Source: a virus (lineage: Duplodnaviria; Caudoviricetes). From it: a DNA stretch of 64,000 bases. The stretch's first letter is position 1, and the number at the start of each line of letters is the position of its first letter. The stretch lies in IMG/VR virus record IMGVR_UViG_3300027759_003166. One strand, given 5' to 3'. The notes below the pieces were generated by a model. That model was not told where the DNA came from. It saw nothing but the letters and a program-made list of their open reading frames with translations, and searched no databases. Positions 44,369 to 54,887 of the stretch are shown here, piece by piece. The position numbers were made by a program, and so were the translations under genes.

Positions 44369-47300
44369 TTAGATTTTAGCTAATTGTTTTTTGAGTTCTT
44401 TAACTTCTGCAGAAAGTTCTTTAATAGCCTCGACTAATAATGGAACAATTCTTTCATATTTAACAGCCATATATCCATCTTCTCTAGTAGTTACTACTTC
44501 GGGTAATACTGCTTCAACTTGTTGAGCCAGCAATCCTGCTTCTGTTAGAGTGGTATCTCTATCTCTGGCCAACTCATTCCAATTATATGTAATGCCGTCT
44601 AATTTATTAATTTTATCAACCGCATTGGTAATAGGTTTGATGTTAGTCTTTAATCTTTGGTCAGATGCAGAATATGCAATAACATCTCCGGTAACACTTA
44701 GATTATGAGTTCCACCATAACCAAAATACATCTCTCCTTTGGCCAAATAATAAGCAACAGGCCCAAAGCCAGAATCGCCATTGTAAAAAAGGTATTGATC
44801 CATGCCAGTTCCGAATCTTACTACACCACTGTTAGAATTGCTATTAAAATTTTGTAATCTTATCTCTCCGCTTGTTGCGGTGTATTTTGTTGAAGTAGTT
44901 TCTCCGGTAACTTTAAGATTTTTATTATTTCCTACAATTGTATCCATACCCGCAATAAACAATCCGGCACCTAGCCCACTAGAATTAGCGGCGTCATGGG
45001 CCATATAAGTTCCACTACCTGCGGCTCCAAAACGTAATACACCGGCAGCAGCGGTGCCTCCATAATTGTTAATGCTCACTACACTTTGTACAGCTAATCC
45101 ATTGTCTCCAGTTAAGTTCATTCTGGACAGACCTTGTACAGCAAACTCTAATTTATCCCCGTTAGAAGTTCCATCATAGATTGAACTATTTGTAGCAAAA
45201 TTAAATGATTTTGCAAACATTCCCCAACCATTAGTACCTGCTGTTCCACCAACATACAATGATCGTTTTGATCCAGCGCCACCATTCAATGCCCATAATA
45301 AGTTAGCATCGCCTGCTAGTGTTCCTGCATTATTATATATAACCTGCTGTGTAGTACCCGCCCCGGCAGTACCTGTTGCACCTTGAATACCTTGTACACC
45401 CTGAATACCTTGTAATCCTTGTACACCCTGAATACCTTGTAATCCTTGTAATCCTTGTGTGCCTTGATTACCTTGAGCACCGGTTATACCCTGACTACCT
45501 TGAGTACCTGACCCATTAGCACCTTGCGTACCAGCGCCCGCGGCACCGGTGGCACCTTGGGTAGCTGTACCAATAGCACCTTGCGTACCAGCACCAGTAG
45601 CACCTTGAGCAGCAGTAGCACCTGTTGAACCTTGAGCACCATTTGCTCCTTGAACATTACCTGCTTGTCCTTGAACACCCTGGCCGCCTTGAGCACCTTG
45701 AGCAGCAGTAGCACCTATTGAACCTTGAGCACCATTTGCTCCTTGCACATTACCTGCTTGTCCTTGAACGCCTTGATTACCTTGTATTCCAAGATTTCCT
45801 TGTGCGCCTTGTGCGCCTGATCCTTGAACACCCTGGCTACCTTGAATACCAATTACACCTTGACTACCTTGAGTACCATTAGCGCCTTGAGTACCTGTTG
45901 CATCCACTCCTGCTTGTCCTTGAATACCTCTAGTACCTTGATTACCAGTTACACCCTGACTACCTTGAGCACCATTAGCGCCTTGTGCTGTACCTGCCTG
46001 TCCTTGAACGCCTTGATTGCCTTGAATACCTAGAGAACCTATAGAACCCTGAGCACCTTGTACATTACCTGCTTGTCCTTGTACACCTTGATTACCTTGA
46101 ACACCATTAGCACCTTGAGCCGCAGTAGGACCCACTGGTCCGGTAGCACCCTGTGCTGTACCTGCTTGTCCCTGTACACCCTGACCGCCTTGAGCACCTT
46201 GTGTACCTTGACGTCCATTTGATCCTTGAATACCCTGTGCATCTACTCCTGCTTCTCCTTGTATACCCTGCCCGCCTTGAGCACCTTGTGTACCTTGACG
46301 TCCAGTTGATCCTTGTATACCTTGAGTACCAATTCCGTCTGCACCTTGAATACCTTGTCTTCCCTGAATACCTTGACTACCTTGACTACCTTGTGCAACA
46401 GCTGAGCCGTCCCTTCCTTGTACACCTTGATTACCTTGAGTACCAGTTCCTTGCGATCCTTGAGCACCAGATCCCTGTACACCCTGACCGCCTTGAGCAC
46501 CTTGTGTACCTTGACGTCCATTTGATCCTTGAATACCCTGTGAACCGCCACCACCTGTAAATAAAACACCATTTTGGTATAAATTTCCACCAAAATAAAT
46601 GTCTCTACCAACACCCAATCCACCTGCTACTACCATTGCAGCACTTGAAGTAGATGTTGCATTTGTATAATTATAAGTAGAAATTATATCGTCGGTTTTA
46701 ATTAATGTTGTAGTTACAGTTGTATATTGAATTACTAATTTTTCTGCAACAATTTGACCACCAACATATAAATCACCTTGTATACCAGCACCACCAGCTA
46801 CAGTTAATGCACCTGTTGTACTTGACACTGCCGCAGTTGACGTGGTAATAGTTACACTAGGCACTGATAATTTTTTATTAGTGGTACTATAGGACAAATC
46901 GCTAGAATTGTTTAATGGATAGTATCCACTAGTACCACTTGCCATTGTAATATACCAATTTCCCAAAACACTTGTAGCATTGGTAATATATTCGTTATCA
47001 CTATTTGATGAACTAGCTGCTTTGCCAACCATTAAAGTGGAAGTAGAGACCCATGTAGCAGTTGATCCAGAATATTGGAGAATATTTCCAGTACTACCAG
47101 TACTAATAAAAGAAGTTGAACTAGTACCATTTTGAATAGGAATACTTCCTCTTACCCCACCTGCAAGATTTGTTGATGTATTGGCCGTTAATGCCGCAGC
47201 AGCAGCAGGTCCTTGAACACCTTGTATACCTTGTGTACCTTGTATACCTTGAGATCCTCTAGCGCCCTGTACACCCTGACTACCTTGGGCACCATTGTAT

Positions 47301-47617
47301 CCTTGAGCACCTTGGCTTGCCTGTGTACCTTGAGCACCTCGAGTGCCTTGTATACCCTGAACACCAGAACCTTGAGTACCCTGGGCACCTTGAGCACCCT
47401 GAGGACCTTGTACACCTTGAATTCCCTGTATACCCTGTCTTCCTTGTGTGCCTTGTAATCCAACACTACCTGTATATCCTGCAACACCAAGCAATTGTCT
47501 TGCTACAACAGTTGGTAATAATCCTTCAATTCCGTCATTTTTTATAACAAATTGAGCAGAAGAGGGCGTGGCCCCGGGAATTACTGGTAATGTATTCAGT
47601 TCGGCTCTAATTGGCAT
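44369..47617 (-). CDS. collagen-like tail fibre with C-terminal intramolecular chaperone (peptidase S74)
   Basis: two long G-x-Q blocks; SDQRLKTNI...GLLAQQVEAVLPE...Y..IVPLLVEAIKEL. Confidence 0.88.
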   Translation of the reverse strand: MPIRAELNTLPVIPGATPSSAQFVIKNDGIEGLLPTVVARQLLGVAGYTGSVGLQGTQGRQGIQGIQGVQGPQGAQGAQGTQGSGVQGIQGTRGAQGTQASQGAQGYNGAQGSQGVQGARGSQGIQGTQGIQGVQGPAAAAALTANTSTNLAGGVRGSIPIQNGTSSTSFISTGSTGNILQYSGSTATWVSTSTLMVGKAASSSNSDNEYITNATSVLGNWYITMASGTSGYYPLNNSSDLSYSTTNKKLSVPSVTITTSTAAVSSTTGALTVAGGAGIQGDLYVGGQIVAEKLVIQYTTVTTTLIKTDDIISTYNYTNATSTSSAAMVVAGGLGVGRDIYFGGNLYQNGVLFTGGGGSQGIQGSNGRQGTQGAQGGQGVQGSGAQGSQGTGTQGNQGVQGRDGSAVAQGSQGSQGIQGRQGIQGADGIGTQGIQGSTGRQGTQGAQGGQGIQGEAGVDAQGIQGSNGRQGTQGAQGGQGVQGQAGTAQGATGPVGPTAAQGANGVQGNQGVQGQAGNVQGAQGSIGSLGIQGNQGVQGQAGTAQGANGAQGSQGVTGNQGTRGIQGQAGVDATGTQGANGTQGSQGVIGIQGSQGVQGSGAQGAQGNLGIQGNQGVQGQAGNVQGANGAQGSIGATAAQGAQGGQGVQGQAGNVQGANGAQGSTGATAAQGATGAGTQGAIGTATQGATGAAGAGTQGANGSGTQGSQGITGAQGNQGTQGLQGLQGIQGVQGLQGIQGVQGIQGATGTAGAGTTQQVIYNNAGTLAGDANLLWALNGGAGSKRSLYVGGTAGTNGWGMFAKSFNFATNSSIYDGTSNGDKLEFAVQGLSRMNLTGDNGLAVQSVVSINNYGGTAAAGVLRFGAAGSGTYMAHDAANSSGLGAGLFIAGMDTIVGNNKNLKVTGETTSTKYTATSGEIRLQNFNSNSNSGVVRFGTGMDQYLFYNGDSGFGPVAYYLAKGEMYFGYGGTHNLSVTGDVIAYSASDQRLKTNIKPITNAVDKINKLDGITYNWNELARDRDTTLTEAGLLAQQVEAVLPEVVTTREDGYMAVKYERIVPLLVEAIKELSAEVKELKKQLAKI
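46169..46542. repeat. 71-bp exact direct repeat inside the collagen block
   Basis: 46169-46239 equals 46472-46542; degenerate third copy at ~46261-46320. Confidence 0.8.
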
Positions 47618-47667
47618 AGGGTATTTCTCTCATATTATGATAATGTATTTATTACTTAGGTAACTAT

Positions 47668-47868
47668 TTAATGTAGAGTTTTTTCAGTAATCAAATTTAT
47701 ATCAGTTATGCCAAAGATTTTTAATATTTTTTTAATTGTTTTAGGAGGATCTTCCATTAAATCTTCTGGAAACATCATACTTTTTAGTTCTCCATTTGGA
47801 CTTATTATAAATCCATAATCACCTTCACAAAATTCTTCATCACTAAAATCTTCTTCTTCATTGATCAT
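47668..47868 (-). CDS. small acidic hypothetical protein
   Basis: ORF downstream of TATAAATA. Confidence 0.6.
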   Translation of the reverse strand: MINEEEDFSDEEFCEGDYGFIISPNGELKSMMFPEDLMEDPPKTIKKILKIFGITDINLITEKTLH

Positions 47869-47892
47869 TATATGTTCTTTTTATTAACTAGG

Positions 47893-47910
47893 TATTTATA
47901 GAGATAAATA
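47893..47910. promoter_or_regulatory. back-to-back T4-late-like promoters
   Basis: TATAAATA on minus (47893-47900), ATAAATA on plus (47904-47910) between divergent genes. Confidence 0.6.
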
Positions 47911-47943
47911 ATAGTATCATTTAATTCTTAAAGGAAATGAATC

Positions 47944-48408
47944 ATGTTTAAAAAAATTAAAGAATTCTTCGTAGGTAAGCCCGTAGAAGTAAGCACACCT
48001 GTTCCATATAAAGTAGAAACATATGTTCCTCCAGTAACGGTAGAACCACCTGTAGACGAACATCAACTAGCGGTTCAACTAGCACAGGATGGAGTAAATG
48101 CAGGTAAAACTAATGAACAAATGGCTGTTGAAATTAACAGTAAATATGGCAAAAGTTTTACTGCTCAAAATGTAGCTGATTTTATTGCAGCCAACAATAT
48201 TGTTGCATCTACACCTGTTGTAGATCAAGTGGCAGTAGTAAGTGCTGCCGAAGGTTCTGCTCTATCAGTTGAACCAGAAAAGAAAGCACGTAAACCACGT
48301 ACTCCTAAGGCAGAAACAGCGGTTAAAGAAAAAGCCCCAGCAAAAGCCAAGGCTCCTAAATTGACAGTTGTCAAAGCTGAAAAGAAGCCTAACTCAAAGA
48401 AAGCCTAA
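47944..48408 (+). CDS. hypothetical protein with Lys/Ala/Pro-rich basic tail
   Basis: AAGGA RBS; histone-H1-like C-terminus. Confidence 0.7.
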   Translation: MFKKIKEFFVGKPVEVSTPVPYKVETYVPPVTVEPPVDEHQLAVQLAQDGVNAGKTNEQMAVEINSKYGKSFTAQNVADFIAANNIVASTPVVDQVAVVSAAEGSALSVEPEKKARKPRTPKAETAVKEKAPAKAKAPKLTVVKAEKKPNSKKA

Positions 48409-49422
48409 TTGTTTAGCCTGCTCGTGTAATGCGAAGCTGGCTAAATTTTTACCTTTACTTTCGGCCATGATATCAAAGTGGTCTAAAAAACTCAGTGCCC
48501 ATTCGTTCACTGCTGTATTCCAGTAGAAATCAGAATGTGCTCTGAGTTTTCCTTTTTTGTGTCCGCTTTCTAAAAGGGTGCTAAGATCGGGTAATTGTGT
48601 TGTGGAATGGCCTGTGAGTATATCTTCGCGAGATATACTGTAGTGCATAGTAGGACGCACGCCACGCCAACTATCGATAATCCTCTTAACACGGTCGTCA
48701 GTTTTTTCAATGTATTCTCCTGTGTGTATATAATGGTGGTGTATATCTAACACCAAAGCGAGATCGTTGCAGAGTTCAAGACTTGAGTCAATTCCCCAGC
48801 TGATTTCGTCGTTTTCAATGGTGATGCAGTTTCTTGCCTCGGTGCTGAGTCGCTTGAGGGCAGCTTGGATACCGGCTGGACCGGCCCTACCTGAGATATG
48901 GACGTTGATTTTAAAGTCTTGAAACGATTTACCATAGCCCATGAACCTGGCCATATCTGCATGATATTCAAATTCCTCTATGCTCCTATTGACAATATCA
49001 GGATTATCAGAGGCAAGCACAGTAAACTGCCCAGGATGAAAAGAAAGACGTACATCACTGCTGCGAGCGATATCCCCAATAGATAGAAAATTGCGCTCAC
49101 AATAATCCCGAACATCAGTACGGCGCCAGAAATAAGCCCAATCAGATTGGGTATAAACAGGCAGCAAATCACTGCTAAGGCGAACCATCCTAAGATTCTG
49201 ATCAAGTTGTCCTACTCTTTCCACCAGCATTCTGGTGCTTTCAATATTACCCACCATTAAGTCCCAGAGTTTTTGCTCTGCAACATCTTTACTCTGTCTA
49301 TTTAACCAAGCAACAGTGGTAGCACCTGTATTATACTTTTTAGCATCATCTGTGGGTTTAATGCCATTTACCTGCTCTTTATGATCAATCCACTTACACG
49401 CAAATCCAATTCGTTTAGTCAC
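48394..49422 (-). CDS. uvsE: UV damage endonuclease
   Basis: RIGFAC, RLSSD, RLSFHPGQF.VL.S, IENDE, LVLDIHHH, HSD, MAESK.K; GTG start at 49422 inferred. Confidence 0.9.
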   Translation of the reverse strand: MTKRIGFACKWIDHKEQVNGIKPTDDAKKYNTGATTVAWLNRQSKDVAEQKLWDLMVGNIESTRMLVERVGQLDQNLRMVRLSSDLLPVYTQSDWAYFWRRTDVRDYCERNFLSIGDIARSSDVRLSFHPGQFTVLASDNPDIVNRSIEEFEYHADMARFMGYGKSFQDFKINVHISGRAGPAGIQAALKRLSTEARNCITIENDEISWGIDSSLELCNDLALVLDIHHHYIHTGEYIEKTDDRVKRIIDSWRGVRPTMHYSISREDILTGHSTTQLPDLSTLLESGHKKGKLRAHSDFYWNTAVNEWALSFLDHFDIMAESKGKNLASFALHEQAKQLGFL

Positions 49423-49597
49423 TTTTAGCTTTCGATAGAGTCCATGAACCGTTGTCACCTTCTTCCCAATTTAGGGTGTCGCCTTCTTTCCAGCCTTGTA
49501 AATCCAGCATTGCTTGGGGCAAGGGCATAACAAGATCTCCGCTGCCATCATCTGCTTCTTCTAATGTAACTGTCCAAGATGTTGTTGTAGTTGTCAT
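49415..49597 (-). CDS. AbrB/SpoVT-like small DNA-binding protein
   Basis: GDLVMPLPQAML..QGWKEGDTL.W. Confidence 0.65.
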   Translation of the reverse strand: MTTTTTSWTVTLEEADDGSGDLVMPLPQAMLDLQGWKEGDTLNWEEGDNGSWTLSKAKSD

Positions 49598-49719
49598 TGT
49601 ATATTCCTAATCATGTTAATAACTGTTAACGCTTCTGTAAAATCAGTAATTGGTAATTCAATAGGTTCCCAATTGTGATAAGATTGTTGCCAGCGAATAG
49701 TATATTTCATGTTATTATT

Positions 49720-50652
49720 TTACACGATATTACGGAAATAGTCAATTGTTTTTATCAGTCCTTGCTCCAAATTGATCTTTGGTTCCCAATTTAATAATTG
49801 TTTGGCTTTAGTAATATCTGGTCTACGTTGTTTTGGATCGTCTTGTGGTAACGGCATTTGTAGAATTTTGCTATCGGTTCCTGTAAGTTGGATAATTTTT
49901 TCAGCAAGTTCCCACATAGTGAATTCACCTGGGTTACCGATATTAATAGGACCTACAATATCGTCTTCTGTGGCCATAAGTGCCATCATACCATCTAACA
50001 AGTCGTCAACATAGCAGAAGCTACGTGTTTGCTGACCCGAACCGTAGATAGTAATATCTTTGCCTTGTAGAGCCTGTACAATGAAATTACTAACAACTCT
50101 ACCGTCATTTTCCGCCATTCTTGGACCGTACGTATTGAAAATACGCATGATCTTGGCATGAACACCGTGTACACGATAGTAATCCATAAACAATGTTTCC
50201 GCTGCACGTTTACCTTCGTCGTAACAACTACGTATACCAATCGGATTTACATTGCCCCAATATTCTTCCGGTTGTGGATGAACGTGTGGATCACCGTAGA
50301 CTTCGCTGGTACTGGCCTGCAATATTCGAGCACCTGTACGTTTAGCAAGACCTAGTAAGTTGTAACTTCCAATTACACTAGTTTTCATAGTTTGGATTGG
50401 ATCCCATTGATAGTAATATGGGCTTGCTGGGCAAGCAAGATTATAAATTTCATCTACTTCAACATAAAGAGGCAAGCAAATATCTTGTCTAATAACTTCA
50501 AAGTTTTTACAATCGAGTAAATGTTCAATATTCTTTTTACTTCCAGTAAAATAATTATCCACACAAAGAACATGATGTCCTTCTTTGACTAAACGATCGC
50601 ATAAGTGACTGCCAAGGAATCCAGCACCACCGGTTACTAGTATTTTTTTCAT
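49720..50652 (-). CDS. UDP-glucuronate decarboxylase (UDP-xylose synthase)
   Basis: [51 protein letters not shown]. Confidence 0.9.
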   Translation of the reverse strand: MKKILVTGGAGFLGSHLCDRLVKEGHHVLCVDNYFTGSKKNIEHLLDCKNFEVIRQDICLPLYVEVDEIYNLACPASPYYYQWDPIQTMKTSVIGSYNLLGLAKRTGARILQASTSEVYGDPHVHPQPEEYWGNVNPIGIRSCYDEGKRAAETLFMDYYRVHGVHAKIMRIFNTYGPRMAENDGRVVSNFIVQALQGKDITIYGSGQQTRSFCYVDDLLDGMMALMATEDDIVGPINIGNPGEFTMWELAEKIIQLTGTDSKILQMPLPQDDPKQRRPDITKAKQLLNWEPKINLEQGLIKTIDYFRNIV

Positions 50653-50681
50653 ATTTTTCTCTTTTTAAAATTATATATTAA

Positions 50682-51341
50682 TTACATTCGATGGTAAGTG
50701 TTTTTTCCAAGAAATTCTTCTTTGTATTCTCTTTTCATAAACATTATATCTATTTGTAATAGGAATTCTTCTGCTCTATGTATTTCTAATATATCTATAG
50801 GTAAAAAATCTTTAGATTTAAAATATTCTAAATAATCATTTATATTTGGAGAACCTAAATTATATTGAATAATTGGACATTCAGTATAGATCAATTTTGT
50901 AGTATCAATGATACTTGAAGATCCAGCCAATATATCAAGCTCTGATCCTTGCGTATCTAATTTGATAAAATCAGGTTTAGGTAAATTGTTTTCTAAAATT
51001 AATTGATCAAGTGTTGTGCAAGGATATTGTACACTGGTAATATTATCGTAATGTGCGGAATTTTCTTTATAATAACTATCTCCTGTACCATTACGTAGAT
51101 AAAAATTAACATATTCTCTTCCGGGATTTGATAATATAGATTGAAAATATTTAAATCCTGTATTTTTTAAGTAATCGGCATGGGCAGAATTAGCTTCAAA
51201 CAATATAAATTCGCTGTCAGGGAATACTGTATTCTTTATGTCTTGACTCCACGTTCCCTGGCAAGCACCAATATCATATATGGTATCAATAGTCAATCCA
51301 GCAGCTTTTAGTTTTATTAAAAATTCTGATAAAGTTTGCAT
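50682..51341 (-). CDS. FkbM-family methyltransferase
   Basis: YDIGACQG, FEAN, FIKLDTQGSELDIL. Confidence 0.8.
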   Translation of the reverse strand: MQTLSEFLIKLKAAGLTIDTIYDIGACQGTWSQDIKNTVFPDSEFILFEANSAHADYLKNTGFKYFQSILSNPGREYVNFYLRNGTGDSYYKENSAHYDNITSVQYPCTTLDQLILENNLPKPDFIKLDTQGSELDILAGSSSIIDTTKLIYTECPIIQYNLGSPNINDYLEYFKSKDFLPIDILEIHRAEEFLLQIDIMFMKREYKEEFLGKNTYHRM

Positions 51342-51342
51342 T

Positions 51343-51996
51343 TTATAATATTAATTGAAAAGTTTTATCAATAAAATTTTGATATTCTTTTATCACTGTG
51401 TCTACATTTGGTCCTAACCAGTTGTTCATGAATATTTTATATGGAATTGTATTATTCCACTCGTAGATTACTTCAGTTCTATTATATGTTGATACAGATG
51501 ATTTAACAATACTTTCTAAAAAATTTAATTTAGGAATAACAATCATTTCACCGTTTTCAGTTTTATCAAAAATATATCTATGATGTATATATCCTAACCA
51601 ATTAACATTTTCACATCTGGATAATTCTTGATATATAGATGGCATGGTAATAATACCTTGATGTGCAATCTTAGGAAGATATTCTAAAGCAGTAAATGGA
51701 TTATAAACATCTTCTAATGTATGTGTGCAAATAGCGTAATCAAATTTACCATCAATATTAACAATGTTCAACAACTTTTGCCATTCTGTTTCTCTACAGA
51801 TATCCATATTAATAAATTTTGATAAATCCTTTGATGGCACAAAATCAACTATTAGATCGCATACATTTGAACTCCAACCATCTGCTGACCCGCCGATATC
51901 TATAACTCTAAAAGAATTATTCAGTTGTTTTTGTTCAACGATATAATTTATTATATCAGCTCTGCTTTCGGCAATATTGCCATATTTAATTTTCAT
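51343..51996 (-). CDS. class I SAM-methyltransferase-like protein
   Basis: VIDIGGS, FDYAICTHTLED. Confidence 0.6.
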   Translation of the reverse strand: MKIKYGNIAESRADIINYIVEQKQLNNSFRVIDIGGSADGWSSNVCDLIVDFVPSKDLSKFINMDICRETEWQKLLNIVNIDGKFDYAICTHTLEDVYNPFTALEYLPKIAHQGIITMPSIYQELSRCENVNWLGYIHHRYIFDKTENGEMIVIPKLNFLESIVKSSVSTYNRTEVIYEWNNTIPYKIFMNNWLGPNVDTVIKEYQNFIDKTFQLIL

Positions 51997-52972
51997 TATT
52001 TAAAAATACCTTTTCAAATGTATATATCACATTTTTTGGAGAAAACTCTTGATTTAGATATTCTGTGTTAAATGGATTTGTTTTTTCTAAATTTAAAAGT
52101 ATATATTCAAGTTCGAGCTTGTTTCTATATTTGTGTACATTATCTTTTAAATGTAAAAAATGGGCCCTTCCTCCTAGAGGATGAGTTGTTTGCAATTCTT
52201 CATTATCGTATGATAGTATCTGTTTATTTTTGGAGGCAAATTCTAAAACAGCCATTCCAAATGTTTCTCCATAATCTCTGGCATGTAAAAATGCATCACA
52301 GGTATTAATAAATTTAGATTTATCTTCTAATTCAACAAGAGAGTTGAGATATATACATCTTTCATGTTTTATTGTTTTTTCTGTATTAACTAGTACAATC
52401 CACATATCTGTTCTAATATCAAGAATTTTCTCTATAGTAGAAGGTACAAAATTCACATTAAATGTTTCATATCCACCGTATCTTCCTAATACAATTGCAT
52501 CATTTGGTATTCCTAATTCATTTCTAATGTCTAAATTTGTTTCTGGAAAATTAACCATATAAGGAACATATGGTAATTGATTGCCAGATTGAATCTTCAT
52601 CCATTCAGATGTTACAGCATAAACTTCACCGTGTTTATAATTTGCATTATGTACAAATACCGAATGGATAAGATTCTTTGTATTTTGAACAATTATATTA
52701 TCTTGGTATCCAAATTTTTGTGTATAAAAATACTCAATATTATTCTTATCAACTAATTGCTGTACTTCGTTAAAATTAAAATAAGATACGGTACGGAATC
52801 TTTTTTTAAATTTCTGTAATACTTGTTTATTGGTTTGATTTTTTAAATCAAAACTAATGATTGTATTCAATCCTAATATTTCTTCACAATATAATGCATA
52901 ATCGTATATGGCTACAGTGGTGCCTCTGAGACCTAAAGAATTTTCGTGAAATATAATAGTTTTAGAAGACAC
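51986..52972 (-). CDS. GT-B glycosyltransferase-like protein
   Basis: LGRYGG, FINTCDAFLHAR..GETFGMAVLE. Confidence 0.7.
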   Translation of the reverse strand: MSSKTIIFHENSLGLRGTTVAIYDYALYCEEILGLNTIISFDLKNQTNKQVLQKFKKRFRTVSYFNFNEVQQLVDKNNIEYFYTQKFGYQDNIIVQNTKNLIHSVFVHNANYKHGEVYAVTSEWMKIQSGNQLPYVPYMVNFPETNLDIRNELGIPNDAIVLGRYGGYETFNVNFVPSTIEKILDIRTDMWIVLVNTEKTIKHERCIYLNSLVELEDKSKFINTCDAFLHARDYGETFGMAVLEFASKNKQILSYDNEELQTTHPLGGRAHFLHLKDNVHKYRNKLELEYILLNLEKTNPFNTEYLNQEFSPKNVIYTFEKVFLNNEN

Positions 52973-53840
52973 GAGTTTTACCTAACAGGAATTTTTGTAC
53001 TCGCTCTAATTCAAATACCTTAGCAGGCAATTTACTCAATGGATATTTTTTAAGTATATGATCCAGGCGTCCGAGTGGTTCAGTATCACCATCCTGCGGA
53101 ACGTATGTATCTAAAAATTTAACAATTTCTTCATTAGTGTTTTTTCCCTTAGCGGCACCGGCAATGGCGCCGTCGGAGTTATTAAAAGATAAAAATTTAG
53201 TTTTTAATCTTTCCTGATCTCCCATCCAGGTAAAATGCCATCCTGCTTCTTTAATTTCTCCATTGTCAAGTGTAAATATATCTTTATATATAATATCATT
53301 ACGTTGCAGAGTGTGTGATTCTCTAATCTTGCTCAATGTATAATTTTTTATATGATGTGGTAAACATACAAATCCTGCCGTCCATTTTCTTGGATTATTA
53401 TAATTATCGTGAATGCTAAAATCCGCTCTACCTGCTAAAAATGACATTGGTATATGTAGAATATTCTCAGGATTATTCTTTGCTACTTGGGCATAGTATT
53501 TTACAAATTTTGGATTGATAATCTCATCGCAATCAGTGCAAAAAATTATAGAATCATCGTCGATGTATTTTGCAGCTATATCTCTTTGTAAATTTTCTCT
53601 TTTTACATGACTTGGCTCTATGTTAATTCCAGGCAACTCTGTATCTATAATTTTAATTTTATCTGTGGGCAATCCTAGTTCTTGAATTATTTTACGGCAA
53701 GATAATTCTTTTGGAATACCACTGTGTGTGTGATCTGCATCGCAAATTATAAATTGATCAACCACATCGTATAACAACGATATTCTTAGTTCGAGCAATT
53801 CTTTCTCATTGAAATAAGGAAAACAATCAATAATTTTCAT
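52962..53840 (-). CDS. GT17-like (beta-1,4-GlcNAc transferase-like) glycosyltransferase
   Basis: IIDCFPYFNEKELLELR..L..VVD.F, RE..QR, DCDEI, AGWHFTW; ATG 53840. Confidence 0.75.
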   Translation of the reverse strand: MKIIDCFPYFNEKELLELRISLLYDVVDQFIICDADHTHSGIPKELSCRKIIQELGLPTDKIKIIDTELPGINIEPSHVKRENLQRDIAAKYIDDDSIIFCTDCDEIINPKFVKYYAQVAKNNPENILHIPMSFLAGRADFSIHDNYNNPRKWTAGFVCLPHHIKNYTLSKIRESHTLQRNDIIYKDIFTLDNGEIKEAGWHFTWMGDQERLKTKFLSFNNSDGAIAGAAKGKNTNEEIVKFLDTYVPQDGDTEPLGRLDHILKKYPLSKLPAKVFELERVQKFLLGKTRVF

Positions 53841-53844
53841 AATT

Positions 53845-54444
53845 TTAATCAAAGAAAAACATTTGCCACAGTCTACAATTTTCTTTACTGCTACCAAAAT
53901 AACCAGATGCAGCATGAATTAATCCAGCGTCAAAAATTACCAATCTATTGAACACATTACCTACAACATCCACAGGCTCGTAAGGAGTAGGATCTAAGAA
54001 TGTTCCATGATTAAAACATTCCATTATCTTTGATTCTCCATTATGGCGTACCCTAGTCTTTTTATGAGCATAAAAACTTGTACCACACGATACTGGCGCA
54101 TCGGGTGTAAGATATATCATTGCAGCCCATCTTTGATCGTCACAATGATATACTAATGGTTGACCAGAAACATTATATTGGAATCTGCCATTCATTCCAT
54201 ATTTTTCCCAATTATCCTCCATGGTCCAACCTGTAATTTTTATACCCATTATTTTTTCAAAGGCTTCTCGTGTACCTGGTATAAAACATTGTTTTCTTGT
54301 TCTATTTCCAATATATCCAGGATCGTCAAAAAATTCTTGCTCCAATGCATATTTTCTTACAGCATATGGATCATCAAAGAAATCATCAACAACATGAAGT
54401 CTTTTATTCATGTTTGGATTTGGAGTTAAAAACAAATTACTCAT
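53845..54444 (-). CDS. 2OG-Fe(II) oxygenase-like protein (DUF6445-type)
   Basis: VVDDFFDDP, HCD, IYLTPDAP..GT.F, FNRLVIF..IHA, R..Q.FFF. Confidence 0.7.
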   Translation of the reverse strand: MSNLFLTPNPNMNKRLHVVDDFFDDPYAVRKYALEQEFFDDPGYIGNRTRKQCFIPGTREAFEKIMGIKITGWTMEDNWEKYGMNGRFQYNVSGQPLVYHCDDQRWAAMIYLTPDAPVSCGTSFYAHKKTRVRHNGESKIMECFNHGTFLDPTPYEPVDVVGNVFNRLVIFDAGLIHAASGYFGSSKENCRLWQMFFFD

Positions 54445-54719
54445 ACTGGCATATAAATGTTAGACCATTGTTTAAGTTTTTCAATTTTGGCCTGTTTGGC
54501 AATTTCAAGATTGTCCATAGTTACTAGATTTAGTTCTAACATAATATCAATCATTGCCAGCATATCACCTAATTCTTCTTCGAGATGTTCCAGATTAGTT
54601 TTGGGTTTGCCAGGTTTCAAATTTCCAATACCAAATCGTCTAATCTTACTTACCGCTTGTATAACTTCAGCACATTCTTCTTGAAGAATGTCCAATACTT
54701 CTTTTTCTTTAGCGTTCAT
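54441..54719 (-). CDS. MazG-like nucleotide pyrophosphohydrolase
   Basis: LQEECAEV...LEEELGD. Confidence 0.75.
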   Translation of the reverse strand: MNAKEKEVLDILQEECAEVIQAVSKIRRFGIGNLKPGKPKTNLEHLEEELGDMLAMIDIMLELNLVTMDNLEIAKQAKIEKLKQWSNIYMPV

Positions 54720-54722
54720 ATT

Positions 54723-54887
54723 TTACCAATGCCTTATTACACCTGCTACGATAAACATATTTGTTATCACATAGCACAACACAATACAAGAACGGATGAA
54801 GGCAACACGATTTGCCTCTTCATCCGTGCTGCCTGCTTTTTCACCTAGGGCCTTGGCCCAAAGTCTCCAGGTTTTACTGAAACTCAT
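54723..54887 (-). CDS. small membrane protein MSFSKTWRLWAKALGEK... (54 aa), not in ORF track
   Basis: read manually; overlaps queD end. Confidence 0.6.
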   Translation of the reverse strand: MSFSKTWRLWAKALGEKAGSTDEEANRVAFIRSCIVLCYVITNMFIVAGVIRHW

